Below, one piece after another: positions 27,838-39,666 of a stretch of DNA of 64,000 nt (within the stretch, counting starts at the first letter, position 1; each line of letters opens with the position of its first letter). The position numbers and the translations under genes were made by a program. This DNA comes from Eledone cirrhosa (taxonomy: Eukaryota). The notes beneath the pieces were generated by a model, which was not told where the DNA came from, searched no databases, and saw nothing but the letters and a program-made list of their open reading frames with translations. The stretch lies in the NCBI GenBank assembly GCA_964016885.1, contig OZ024744.1:67890001-67954000 (forward strand), given 5' to 3'.

Positions 27838-28006
27838 CAGTGCTAGATTTACCATAGTGTGCTTAAGCACAGGAACCCATTGCCCAGGGTAGGACCATCT
27901 TACTGCCAAAATGTTTTTTTACAATGAATTTTTCAAATGTTTTTTTAAGTAAGGGTCCTCATAACTTAACTAGCACAGGGCCTCATTTGTCCTAAATTCA
28001 ACACTG
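27838..28006. mobile_element. hAT-like MITE
   Basis: Imperfect TIRs CAGTGCTAGATTTA / TAAATTCAACACTG; TSD unclear. Confidence 0.5.
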
Positions 28007-28184
28007 TATGTATATGTATGGTTCAAGATTAAAGACAAAGAACAAAAAAATATCCCACTGAGTACAATAACACAAATTGTTATTAGTTTCATGCTTGTGG
28101 GGAAAGCAAAAAGAATGTCTCAATGTATCAGGAAAGAGTAAAGTTAGGAAAAATAGGAAGTTAGAAGGTTGTCAATAATAATAA

Positions 28185-28860
28185 TTACTGATTTAGGCAC
28201 AAAGCCACCAATTTGGGGGGCAGGGGAAAGTTGATTAAATCAACCCCAGTGCATTACTGGTACCCTATTTTATTGTTCCCGTAAGGATGAAAGGCAAAGT
28301 TAACTTCGACAAGAATATAAACGTGTAAGTCTATGACAGAAAGCATGGTATCTGACACTCTACCAACTCTGCCAATCCCCCACCCTTGAGATTGCCAATA
28401 ATAATGATTTCTGATTTAGGCACAAGGCCAGCAATTTTGGGAGAGGGGAAAGTTGATTAAAACCACCTGAGCGTGTGACTGGTACTTTATTTTATCGACC
28501 CCGGAAGGATGAAAGGTAAAGCTAATCTCGGCAGATTTGAAATCAGAATGTAAAGGGCCGCAACTCTAGGCCACAAAGCATGGTGTTTGACATTTTACAG
28601 ATACTGCCAATCCACTGCCCTTGAGGTTGCCAATAACAACTGTTTCTACTTTAGGCACAAGGCCAGCAATTTGAAGGGGGAGGAGAAAGTCGATTAAATT
28701 GACCCCAGTACATTACTGATACTTTATTAATCGACCCTCTAAGGATAAAAGGCAGAGTTAACCTCGGCAAGATTTGAACTCAGAACATAAAGGGCCGTAA
28801 CTCTATACTGCAGAGTATGGCATCCAACATTTTACTAATACTGCCATTCCACCACTTTTA
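28185..28860 (-). mobile_element. Head-to-tail array of 3 long-form SINE A copies
   Basis: Units start at about 28190, 28410 and 28645. Confidence 0.8.
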
Positions 28861-30059
28861 TGGTTGCCAATAAAGATAATAGTGATTTATTCATTTAATA
28901 ATCAAATCAATAAGGAAAAACTAATATCACTTGCTATGTGGTGATTTATCCTTAAGATGTTAGTATATATATATATATGTATGACTGTAAGTATATATCT
29001 GTGTGTGTATATGTGTGCCTACATGTATGTGTGTGTCTACATGTATGAATGTGTCTACATGTACCTGTGTGTGTGTGTATGTGTTTTTTATACTTAAGTA
29101 TTCTAATATGTTAGTGTATGTAAGCAACTGTGTGCTTATGTGTTACTAATGTGTGTGCATATATTTTGTTGTTGTTTAGTCAAGATGTATGGGTTGCATC
29201 CATGGCGTTTGCAAATCTTCACAGATTTTCACAGACATTCATAGACACACACTGCCACTGCTGCTTCCCACTCCCATATCGGTTAGATTGATGCAGTTGA
29301 TGTTCTGTTGAAGGTAGGTGAGGTGAGGTATAAGGGAAGAAAATATTGAGAAAAAGGATTCTAGAGAGTTGTTACTCTACTTACTATTTCTACTGGAAAA
29401 GAAGTTGTCGGAAGAAAGAATTCAGTTAAGTATTTGATAGAAGATATTTCATAAATGTAGAGATGGGTAGTTCGTTTGATAATACATGTCAAATGTGTTG
29501 TGTCACTTGAACAACTAATGAGTCTTCAGTAGGCTACACTATACTGATGAGGGGTCTAATAGAACTGAAACATGCCCATGACTGACCCCTTGCCAGTTAA
29601 CAAAGATGCACCAGCAGCAACATTAGCTGTAGTAGTACATGACAGGTGCAATGTGTCCGAACACGGAAGAGCCGAACTCCCACTGTCATCACCTCCATCT
29701 CTCTCGCCCTCCCCATCTCTCTGTATTGTGAGCAAATGTGATCCCACGTACTGGCCACCCCACAGCCCCGGCGGACAGAATGGAGAAGGCGCTTCCCCAG
29801 AGAATTGGTGTGGGTTGAGCTAGCTCTATTGGAGGAATTCACGGTGTAAGTTCATTTCAATGGAGTTTCTTCAGGTGGTTGGTTTCACAAGCAGTGCCCA
29901 GCTGCAAGTATATGCACTTTAGGATCGTGCAATCTAAGCATTGCATTGGTTATAGTGCTGAGTTCTCACTTTCACAATAAACCCAATTTGGTGAAGTCAA
30001 TGCCATAATGAGGACATATGGGGGGGGGATTTGGCTGGCAGAGATGATAAACGCAAACT

Positions 30060-30330
30060 ATTTGAGCCATTTTGTAGGCCAGAAGGAGGTCATTACACTG
30101 CCAAGCTCAAGCATACTGACCCTCAGTACCAAGTGATAAACAGAACCTATTTGAGCCATTTTGTAGGCCAGAAGGAGTTCATCACACTGCCCAGTTCAGG
30201 CCTACTGACCCATGGCACCATATATGGGAGAGAGTTAGGCTGGCAAAGATTTTAAAGACGACCTACTTAAGCCATTTGTAAGCCAGCAGGAGCTCACCAC
30301 ACTGCCAAGCTCAGGTACACTGACCCTCAT
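30060..30330. repeat. Degenerate 3-copy repeat, 90-120 bp spacing
   Basis: tttgagccattttgtaggccagaaggag..cacactgcc..actgaccc at about 30060, 30149 and 30266. Confidence 0.75.
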
Positions 30331-30441
30331 CACCTAGTTGTTACTCTGAAGAGAAAAGATTGATTTGGTGATTAGTGTGAGAATTTGGTGGGGAAGCACA
30401 ATACAGGTGTGTTGAGTGGGTTTGGATAGAGGCTGGTAAGG

Positions 30442-30637
30442 CAGCGTTTCTCAACCATTTTTACCCATGTGGAACCCTTGAAATGGTGTTTATGTCTTAG
30501 GGAACACCTGCATAAAAAATAATATAAACCATTATTATTATGTAAATGCATTATCTTATTTATCACTTTTCAAGTGGAACCCTAGCGACCTCTTGAAGAA
30601 CTTTAGGGTTCCGGGGAACACTAGTTGAGAAATGTTG
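30442..30637. mobile_element. hAT (Charlie-like) MITE
   Basis: TIRs CAGCGTTTCTCAAC / GTTGAGAAATGTTG with GGAACCC subterminal motifs. Confidence 0.65.
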
Positions 30638-30899
30638 CAATGAGGGGCAGAGGCATTTGTAGTAGCAATTGAAGAGGTAGTGTGAGGAGATAGATGCTGA
30701 AGTGTGTTGGTGAGTGACTCTTTTCCTATAAGTAGAATGTGCGTTTGTATGTGTCTGTGCCCGTGTGTGTCTCTGTCTCTGTGTGTGTCTGTCTGTTTCT
30801 CTGTGTGTTTCTGTGTGTGTCTCTGTGTGTGTGTGTATGTGTCTGTGTCTGTGTGTCTGTGTGTCTGTCTGTGTGTGTGTCTGTATCTGTGTAAATATA

Positions 30900-31560
30900 G
30901 AAACATAGTAGCTAGAATAAGAACAGGCTGGAAAAAAATTTAGGGAACTAATAATATTGTGTTGATAACAAAAGGTTTCTCTCTCTAAATGCAATAATAG
31001 AAATATGCTGTATATTTCTGAAATGTAATACCACATGGTAGTGAAACATGGGCTGTGGATACAAAGGATATGTAATGGCTGGAGAGAAATGAAGCAAGCA
31101 TGTTTGTGTGTTGTTAACATGAATGGGTGACAAAGCATAGGTGAGATGAGAGAAAAAAACTATTTTGTAAGAGGAATCAAATGTAGTGTGCAGGAGAGAG
31201 GACTGCACTGGTATGGACATGTGATAAATATCAGTTCCACACTGTAAATGTGGTTGATGTTAGGAAGGGCATCCAGTAGCCGTAGAAAACCTGCCAGATA
31301 CAGTCCTATATGAGCGAGACACGGTCACCCGACCAACCTTGCCTCAAGTGGGACAACTCCCGTCTAACCCATGCTAGTGTGGAAGATAGACGTTAGACGA
31401 AGATGATGATGATGATGATGATGATGGATGATGAATGCTGGGTGAAGAAATGCCAGAAGCTCTCAGTAGAATGAAGCAGCAGTAAAGGAAGACAAAGGAA
31501 GAAGTGACCTGAAGTGGTGAGAGTGGATCTCAAAACACTGAACCTCATATAGAAGAAATG
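30900..31560 (+). mobile_element. Decayed RTE 3' fragments with nested 3'UTR
   Basis: ARIRTGWKK.. remnant, ttaggaagggcatccag 3'UTR and (GAT)n. Confidence 0.7.
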
Positions 31561-32192
31561 ACAAAGGACTGTAACAAATGAGGGCAATACTGGAAGAAGA
31601 CCTATTCAACTCATCCAAATATGAAAAAGCAGATGTAAAAGGATGATAATTATTTTTACTTTTTGGCACAAGGCCAGCAATTACCCAGATAATTACTGGT
31701 ATTTATTTTATCGACCCCCCATAAGGATGAAAGGCAAAGTTAACCTCGGCGGGATTTGAACTCAGATCGTAAAGGGACGTAACTATGCTGGAAAGCATGT
31801 CCGACCCTCTACCAATTCTTCCAATCCACCGCCCGATGTAAAAGGATGATAATGATAGTGATGATGATGTGTTCATTTGTGTGTATATATGTATTTATGT
31901 GTAAGTGTATGAGTGTGTTTGTATGTGTGTATATTTATTTGCATGTATATGTATATGTATTTGTGTGGATGTTGTTTTTGTGTGTAAATGTATGTATGTG
32001 TGTATGTGTATGTGTGTGTGTGTGTATATATGCATGCTGATTTCTATCTTTGTAACTCTTTCTTTCTCAGTTCGTTTTAATCTTTATTTTATACTCAAAG
32101 AAATGACACCATTGAAGTTAAAAGTAGCCAAGAAGCCAAGCCATTTCTGAAGATAGTGCCTCAATTTTCTTTCTTTCTTTCATTATCTTCAG

Positions 32193-32289
32193 GTAAACAC
32201 ATTGGCTGACTTTTTCTTAGATGATACAGTCTTTATTGCATATGGCTCTGAAAAGTATTCTAAAGATGACTTTGATTTGGATGAAGGAG
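32193..32289 (+). CDS. DCLK: Internal exon of a doublecortin-like kinase (end of second DCX domain)
   Basis: A polypyrimidine tract and ttcag precede the exon and gtaagt follows it. The 97 nt (phase 0 to 1) translate as VNTLADFFLDDTVFIAYGSEKYSKDDFDLDEG(E), matching the DCX/DCLK motif [32 protein letters not shown] as I recall it. Confidence 0.88.
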
Positions 32290-32359
32290 GTAAGTGTTTA
32301 ATCTTTTCTGAAAATTACCAAATTAAAATCACTACCATAACAGAATTGGCATAGTCTTT

Positions 32360-32561
32360 TTAAACCCTTTATCATTTACATTACTCTATATATACTATTA
32401 TAATTTTATGGTAAAGGTTTTCCTCATATAATTATCTCACATAATATCGAATCTATGAGATTTTGATATTATTTATTTTGAGAACAATACCTTAATATCA
32501 GTAGGAGTGGCTAATTACAGCCGGTTTGAACAGAAAGAAGTGATACAGCTGATTTAAATGC
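32360..32561. mobile_element. piggyBac-like MITE, family 1 (right end lost)
   Basis: Homologous to 3065-3291 and 27319-27529. Confidence 0.7.
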
Positions 32562-32891
32562 TTTTATTAACCAGATTTCTATTGAAAGACACAAGCTATG
32601 ATTTTTTAAATAAATTTGAAAACAATCAGGAATTTGAAAGGATTATTGAGCTGGTAGATTAGCAGTAATGGTGGATCACTGGACAATATGCTTTGCAGCA
32701 TATAGTTATGTCCCTTTACATTCTGAACTCAAATCCTACTGAGGTTAGATTGCCTTTCATCCTTACAGGGTCAATAAAATAAAGTACCAGTAATGCACTG
32801 GGGTTGATTTAATCAACTTTCTCCTTCCCCAAAGTTGTTGGCCTTGTGTCTGATTCAGAAACTTTTATTAAACTGATATTTAGAGAATAAT

Positions 32892-33133
32892 TTAACCTTT
32901 TTATTAACCATATTTATAATGAAAGACACAAGCTATGATTTTTTAAAATAATATAAATATTGAAAGGATTTAGTAATACAAACTTTTCATTTTTAAGCTG
33001 GTGTTTGGGAAATAGCTTAATAAAAGTTCTTATATAAAATTATGCAGGAAGGCTTTTAGATAAATATTTTTAAATAAAAAGCTAAGCATTGTAGAGACTA
33101 GGGTTTCTTAAGGTTTGGTATCAAAAGGGTTAA
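32892..33133. mobile_element. TTAA-bounded MITE, family 2
   Basis: TTAACCTTTTT ... AAAAGGGTTAA; a partial duplicate lies at about 32562-32650. Confidence 0.55.
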
Positions 33134-33209
33134 ACACATACATATGTATGTACTCATATACACAAATACATAGATGCATACATATATACATACATATATA
33201 CATACATAC

Positions 33210-33825
33210 ATATACATAATATGAAAGAGTACTGGTGGAATGTTCCAGTAAAAAACCCATAAAATGCAGGCATAACGGACCAGATATTATGATATGGTAC
33301 AGGGAAAAGAAGGTATGCACAGTAGTGGAAGTTAGCTGGCCAGCAGATGCCAATATAATATCAAAGATTAGCAAAAAGGAGAATATTTATCCAGAACTAA
33401 TGAGAAATCTGCAGATACTCCACCCTGATTACACCTTCAGATTTATGCCTAAGATTATTGGGGCACTGGAATATGTTAGTAACTGCCTCAATACAAATCT
33501 TGAGAAGCTGGGCTTCACAGGAACAGAAAGAACACAACTAGTTAGGAAATTACAAGTAAAATCCATTAATGGAACAGTAAAAATATGTAAAACATTCCAA
33601 ACATTTTGCATCTAATAACTGCATATACACATGTAGAGATGCAAAGCATATACACATGCACACATACAACTCAAAACATACACATCCACACATACAATAA
33701 CATCCATATCTCACATGCAGACATACATATCTACCTAGTTGATGTTGTGTAAATTCCAATGAGAGAGTCTTGTGTCTATGCTAGTAATTTGTGAAATTAT
33801 AAAACCAGAAGAACATACATACATA
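33210..33825 (+). mobile_element. R4/Dong-like 3' fragment
   Basis: ORF 33235-33615 is highly similar to 39841-40374; same 3'UTR; (CATA)n on both sides. Confidence 0.85.
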
Positions 33826-35059
33826 CACACAGTAATGGCTGCATCTTGGTTTTGAGAATTACCATCCCTTGACCTTTTACAGACATGACTATTTAGAATC
33901 TGCCAAGGACTTAGATACCTTTCTGTATATGCTACAGTGAATGAAAAAAGAAAAGGTCATGCTCAATCAACGCACATGAAAGTTGTTTATCTCAAGTGAT
34001 TCCTATACTTGAAGCTTTTCTAAGTGAAGAAAGGCCTTGTTCTGGACCAATCTTCTTCTCTAAACAACAGAGACAGGTATCCAAAAAGAAGAACAGGTCA
34101 CCATCTTTGGCTGCTATCAAGTCACTGGTTTTACATCATCACTGGTTTTACATTCTTCTTTTAAAAGGTTGTCCTAATAAAAACTAGGGATTTCTCATAC
34201 CCGGTGAGCGAACTGTGCACTCAGACACCAAACTTAGCATTTTCATGTCCCAGCACATATATAATACTGAGAACAAACATATAGAAAGTTATAGTAATTT
34301 GGAGAACACATGCACACACGATATGAAAGTGTTCTGGTAGAATGTTTCAGTCAGAATCCTATTAAAATACAAACATAACAGACTAGACATATGGGACAGA
34401 AAAAAGAAGGCACACTCATTAGTGGGAATAAGCTGTCCAGCTTAGTGGTTAGAGAATTAGAATCACTATTGTGAGGATGTGAGTTTGATTCCTTGGTCAG
34501 GCGATGTGGAACTTCCTTGAAGAAGACACTTTATTTCATGTTGCTCCTTTTTCCAGGAGTTATGACCAGTAGATAGTATCAGCAATGGAGTGACTAATGG
34601 AAACATGGTAGTAGTAGTGAGAGGAGGGTGATGATAATGATAATGATAGTGATAATGATAATGATGATGATGATGATGATGACAAAGAAGAGGGGCATTT
34701 GGAATCTGTTTTGTTGTGTTTTGGGGTTTTTAATTATTTAAAAAGTGGTGGATGAAGGCTTACATGCACCCAAATACACAGAGACAAATACACACATGGT
34801 CACATGTACACATAGATGCATGTACACAAAAACCCCCACACACATGCACACATTCATGAATGTGTACAACTATATATGTATACACACACATACACATATG
34901 TGCATGCATATGTATGCATATATATATGTACACACATAGGCATGAGCACCGAAACATGCACACACATACATGATACAAGTATATATACCTATGTGTATAC
35001 ACTCTTAAAAACACATAAATACACAGGTATAAACACACATACATCCACACATAGAGGAG

Positions 35060-35275
35060 ACGATCGACTTTCGTCAAATCGGACCGTGGGAACAATGTTT
35101 CCGTTGGTCTTTCCAATTGCTAATACTATCTATCGGTCGCAACTCCAGGTAGAAGGAGCAACGTGAAATAAAGTGTCTTGCTCAAGGACATAATGCATCG
35201 CCCGGTTCAGGAATCGAACTCACAACCTTACGATTGGGAATCCAATTCTCTAACCACTCAACCACACGCCTTCAC
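35060..35275 (-). mobile_element. tRNA-derived CORE-like SINE family B (representative)
   Basis: A box TGGTTGAGTGG; B box GAGTTCGATTCC; CORE-like tgtccttgagcaagacactt. Copies at about 11715(-), 12062(+), 21040(+), 21835-22140(-), 26165(+), 34435(+), 41460(-), 54320(-) and 58045(+). Confidence 0.8.
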
Positions 35276-35338
35276 AATACATCCACACATAGACATGTAT
35301 ATATATACACTCAATCTGGCAACACATACATATATAGC

Positions 35339-35375
<37 letters not shown>

Positions 35376-35458
35376 TGATTCAAATTTGAAATAAATGATT
35401 TGTAAAGTTTCTTTAAATTAAGCTAGATTCTCTATAAATTCAATTATATTTCTTACAG

Positions 35459-35530
35459 AGAAGAAAATGGTCAGCCAGAAGACATTTGATTCCTTAATGT
35501 TGAAGAAGTTATCAGTAAAATGCAATTCTG
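35459..35530 (+). CDS. DCLK: Probable next DCLK exon (start of linker after DCX2)
   Basis: Flanked by tttcttacag and gtaagt; 72 nt, phase 1-1. It splices in frame with the previous exon to give ...DLDEG-EKKMVSQKTFDSLMLKKLSVKCNS. Confidence 0.65.
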
Positions 35531-35576
35531 GTAAGTTAAATTGTAATGAAATTTCATCTCTCTCTTTCTCCATATA

Positions 35577-35885
35577 TATCATCATCACCGTTTTACGTCC
35601 GTTCTTCCATGCTAGCATGGGTTAGACGGGTTGTCCTGTTGTGGGCAGTGCCTGGTCGGCTGACCTTGTCTTGCTCATACAGGAACTGATTTTGGCTTGA
35701 TTTCTACAGCTGGATGCCCTTCCTAACACCAACCTCATTTTCAGTGAGTGCTGGGTGCTTTTTCCGTAGTGCCTACACGTCCACTTTACAGTGTGGGCTG
35801 GGTGCTATTTTGCCGTGGCACCTCCACGACCACCTTGCAGTGGGAGGGTGTGGTGGCATATTGTCTATATGCTTCAGCTTGTACA
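35577..35885 (-). mobile_element. RTE 3'UTR fragment
   Basis: Near-identical to the 54620-54830 and 53990-54295 3'UTR sequences. Confidence 0.85.
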
Positions 35886-36354
35886 TATATATATATAATT
35901 CAAAGATATATGCATATATATCTTGCTTACTTAGTATAATTAAAATTTTTAACACTTAACATACATGCACGCCCTTAGGTTTCAGGGTCCAGTTATGGCC
36001 CCCACTGTATAGTGGTGGAGCCATTTCAATAATCATTTCTACTATAGGCACAAGGCCAGCAATTTGAAGGGAAAGAGGAAGTCGATTAAATCAGCCTCAG
36101 TGTGTGACTGGTACTTTATTTTATTGACCCCGTAAGGATGAAAAGCAAAGCTACCCTCATCGGGATTTGAATTCAGAACGTAAAGGTCCATAACTCTATG
36201 CTACAAATCCACCACCCTGTTTTGTCCTGTGAGAGGCTATTTCAATATTGGCCGATAATGGAACAAAAACTTTGTCCTGGCGATTCATGAGGGGTCAGTT
36301 TTGAAATAGCTCCTCCATTATACAATGCTGGCCATAACAGGACCCCAAACCTTG

Positions 36355-37270
36355 TGTATGTGTGTGTGTGTGCATGTGTGTGATCTTGATGCGTATGTGT
36401 GTGCATGTGTGTTTATGTGTGTGAGTGCATATAAATGTGAGTTTGTGTATGTGCATGTGTGTTTATATGTATGGATATTTTTGTGTGTATATGTATGTGT
36501 TTTTTGTGTGTTAGTGTGTGCATGCATGTGTATTTGTTGATATATGTGTGTTTGTGTGTGGGGGGGGTGGGGGGTATGTGTATTTTTGTGCGTGTATGTG
36601 TGTGAGTGCATATATGTGTGAGTTTGTGTATGTGCATGTGTGTTTTATATGTATGGATATTATTGTGTGTGTGCATGCATGTGTGTTTGTTGATATGTGT
36701 GTTTGTGTGTGGGTGTGAGTGTCTATTTTTGTGTATATGTGCGTTTGTGTGTGCATGTGTGTGAGCACGTGTGTTTGTGTGTGTACATGTGTTTGTGCTT
36801 GTGTGTGTGCATGTACGCATTTGTGTGTATGCGTGTGTGTATGTGTGTGTGCATGTGTGTGTGTGTATGTGTGAGAGTGTGTGCGTTTGTGTGAGTGCAT
36901 ATATATGTGAGTTTGTGTATGTGCAAGTATGTGCTTATATGAATGGATATTTGTGTGTGTATATGTATGTTTGTGTATTTGTGTATACATATTTGTTGAT
37001 GTGTATGTGTGTGTATGTAAGCTTTTGTGTTTGTATTTATATATGTGTGAGGGCATGTGTTTTTGTATATGTACATATGTGTGTATATGTGCATGTGTAT
37101 GTGTGTACGTGTGTGTGTGTATGTGCATGTGTGTGTATGTGTGTACGTGTGTGTGTGTATGTGCATGTGTGTGTATGTGTGTGTGTGTGTACGTGTTTGT
37201 GTGTTTATGTCTGTGTGTGTGCGTGTGTGTACGTGTTTGTGTGTTTGTGTGTTTATGTGTGTGTGTACAT
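36355..37270. repeat. Degenerate (GT)n/(GTAT)n tract
   Basis: Direct reading. Confidence 0.9.
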
Positions 37271-38051
37271 GCAGAACCAAGAGCTAACAAGACAGCAAAC
37301 TTTCTCAAACCAAATCAATACAAGCTGGGAATTGATTACCAAGAGGAGGTTCTTTTTTGAGACAAAGACAAACCAATAAATTGAAAAATAGACATGATAA
37401 ATATTGGAAGAACCTTAAATTTAAAACTACCCCAACATCTGCCGTGTTGAAGGAAACGATGCACTATGAAAAATGTCAACATTTTACATAGTTTATAAAG
37501 TAAACAAAAGTCTTGGCCTGCTGCTTATCTGTCTGTCTGTCTATTTGTGTGTATGTGTGTATGTATGTATATATGTGTGTGTGTGTGTGTATGTGTGTAT
37601 GTATATGTGTATATGTATGCATCTGTAGGTATATATATTTGTATGTATGTATGTATATATATATATATATATGTGAGTGTTGAAATATTGAAATGTTATT
37701 GGAGGTCTGGGATGGGGGGGGGGGGTCTGAGGTGTGGGGGGGGGGGGGGGGGGGGTGAACTGGAATTTAAACAGTTTGCACCTTTTTGTCTGTGTATGTA
37801 TGTATGTGTGTAGGTAGGTATGTATATATGTAGGTGTGTATGTAGGTATGTATGTATATATGTAGTTATGTGTATGTATGTATGTAGGTATGTGTAGGTA
37901 TGTATGTATATATGTAGGTATGTGTGTATGTATGTATATATGTAGGTATGTGTGTATGTATGTATATATGTAGGTATGTATGTGTGTATGTAGGTATGTA
38001 GGTATGTGTGTATGTATGTATGTATGTATGTATGTATGTATGTATATGCCA

Positions 38052-38653
38052 GGTCACCAGTTGGTGCTACTGGTAACATGTATCCCAGTACAACCTGTCT
38101 CATGGTCAGGTTGTTGGCGACTAAACTAGCAACCCCACCAAGGTTTCTTGGTGAGGAGGGTGACTTTGGACATCCTGCAGGACTAAAAACAAAACCTGTC
38201 AAAGGGCAAAGGAACTCTTAAGAGTCAATGGCCATCCAAAATCACCGGGAGAGATGACCCCTTAGCCTTTGTCAAGGCAGAATTCTAGGAGAAGGAAAAC
38301 TCTGATATAACACCTGCAACCCTGATGGTATCCAATGATGTTGACGTGTTCTTGTTGTTGGTAAATATCATCTTGGTTAAGAGAGTGGGACTGGCTTTGT
38401 GCAGTGCCTTTGCTCACTATAAAAGCTTCATGGCACAGGCATTGCTTTATATCTGGAGATCTCTCTGCACTTGTCGTCACATGGTACCATGGGCCCAGCA
38501 CTGTCAATAATTGTCACAAGTGTAGTGTTTGTACCAGAGTTTTCAAGTCGCTGGCTGGACTAAACAGTCACACTCGTTCAGCGCATCGGTAGGGGTTCTC
38601 CTACATGGATATAAAGTAGTGGCCGTACTCGAAAACGAGTTGGCAGCCACCAT
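38052..38653 (+). mobile_element. Non-autonomous bipartite RTE-type element
   Basis: An RTE-type 5'UTR motif (ctaggagaaggaaaactctga) is fused to a C-terminal C2H2 finger (CSVCTRVFKSLAGLNSHTRSAH*) and a short 3'UTR. Confidence 0.7.
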
Positions 38654-39086
38654 ATGTCAGTGTATGTGTGTATGGATGTATGTATGTATGTGTGTGTGTA
38701 TGTGTATGTATGTATGTATGTATGTATCTGTGGGTATGTATGTTTGTATGTATGTATGTATGTATGTTTGTATGTGTGTGTGTATGTGTATGTATGTATG
38801 TATGTATCTGTGGGTATGTATGTTTGTATGTATGTATATATGTGAGTGTATGTGTGTGTATGTATGCGTGTATGTATGTATGTGTGTGTATGCATGTATG
38901 TGTATGTGTGTATGTATGTATGTGTGTGTATGTATGTATGTATGTGTGTATGTATGTGCACGTATGTGCATGTATGTATGTCTGTCTGTTTGTCTGTATA
39001 TATGTATGTCTGTCTGTGTGTCTGTATGTATGTACGTATCTGTGGGTATGTATGTGTGTGTATGTATGTATGTATGTAAGTATGTA

Positions 39087-39615
39087 AGGGTGCATTTGGA
39101 CATCCTGCAGGACTAAAAACAAAACCTGTCAAAGGGCAAAGGAGCTCTTAAGAGTCAATGGCCATCCAAAATCACCGGGAGAGATGACCCCTTAGCCTTT
39201 GTCAAGGCAGAATTCTAGGAGAAGGAAAACTCTGATATAACACCTGCAACCCTGATGGTATCCAATGATGTTGACTTGTTCTTCTTTTTGGTAAATATCA
39301 TCTTGGTTAAGAGAGTGGGACTGGCTTTGTGCAGTGCCTTTGCTCACTATAAAAGCTTCACGGCACAGGCATTGCTTTATATCTGGAGATCTCTCTGCAC
39401 TTGTCCTCACATGCGCCCAGCACTATGTGTCAATAATTGTCCTACCATGGGCCCAGCACTATGTGTCAATAATTGTCACAGGTGTAGTGTTTGTACCAGA
39501 GGTTTCAAGTCGCTGGCTGGACTAAAAAGTCACACTCGTTCAGCGCTTCGGTAGGGGTTATCCTACATGGATGTAAAGTAGTGGCCGTACTCGAAAACGA
39601 GTTGGCAGCCACCAT
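39087..39615 (+). mobile_element. Second, 5'-truncated copy of the bipartite element
   Basis: Near-identical to 38157-38653, with a short internal duplication. Confidence 0.75.
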
Positions 39616-39666
39616 GTAAGTATGTATGTATGTATGTATGTATGTATGTCTGTATGTATGTATGTA

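Noticed and set aside
29544-29580. CTGATGA...GAAAC hammerhead-like motif
   Set aside because: Stem II is poor, there is no UH cleavage triplet and no stem I.
34072-34077. 6-nt microexon candidate (cag|AGACAG|gtat)
   Set aside because: Expected by chance at this length; no supporting evidence.
35200-35275. tRNA gene
   Set aside because: The A/B boxes belong to SINE heads that continue into SINE bodies; there is no intact cloverleaf.
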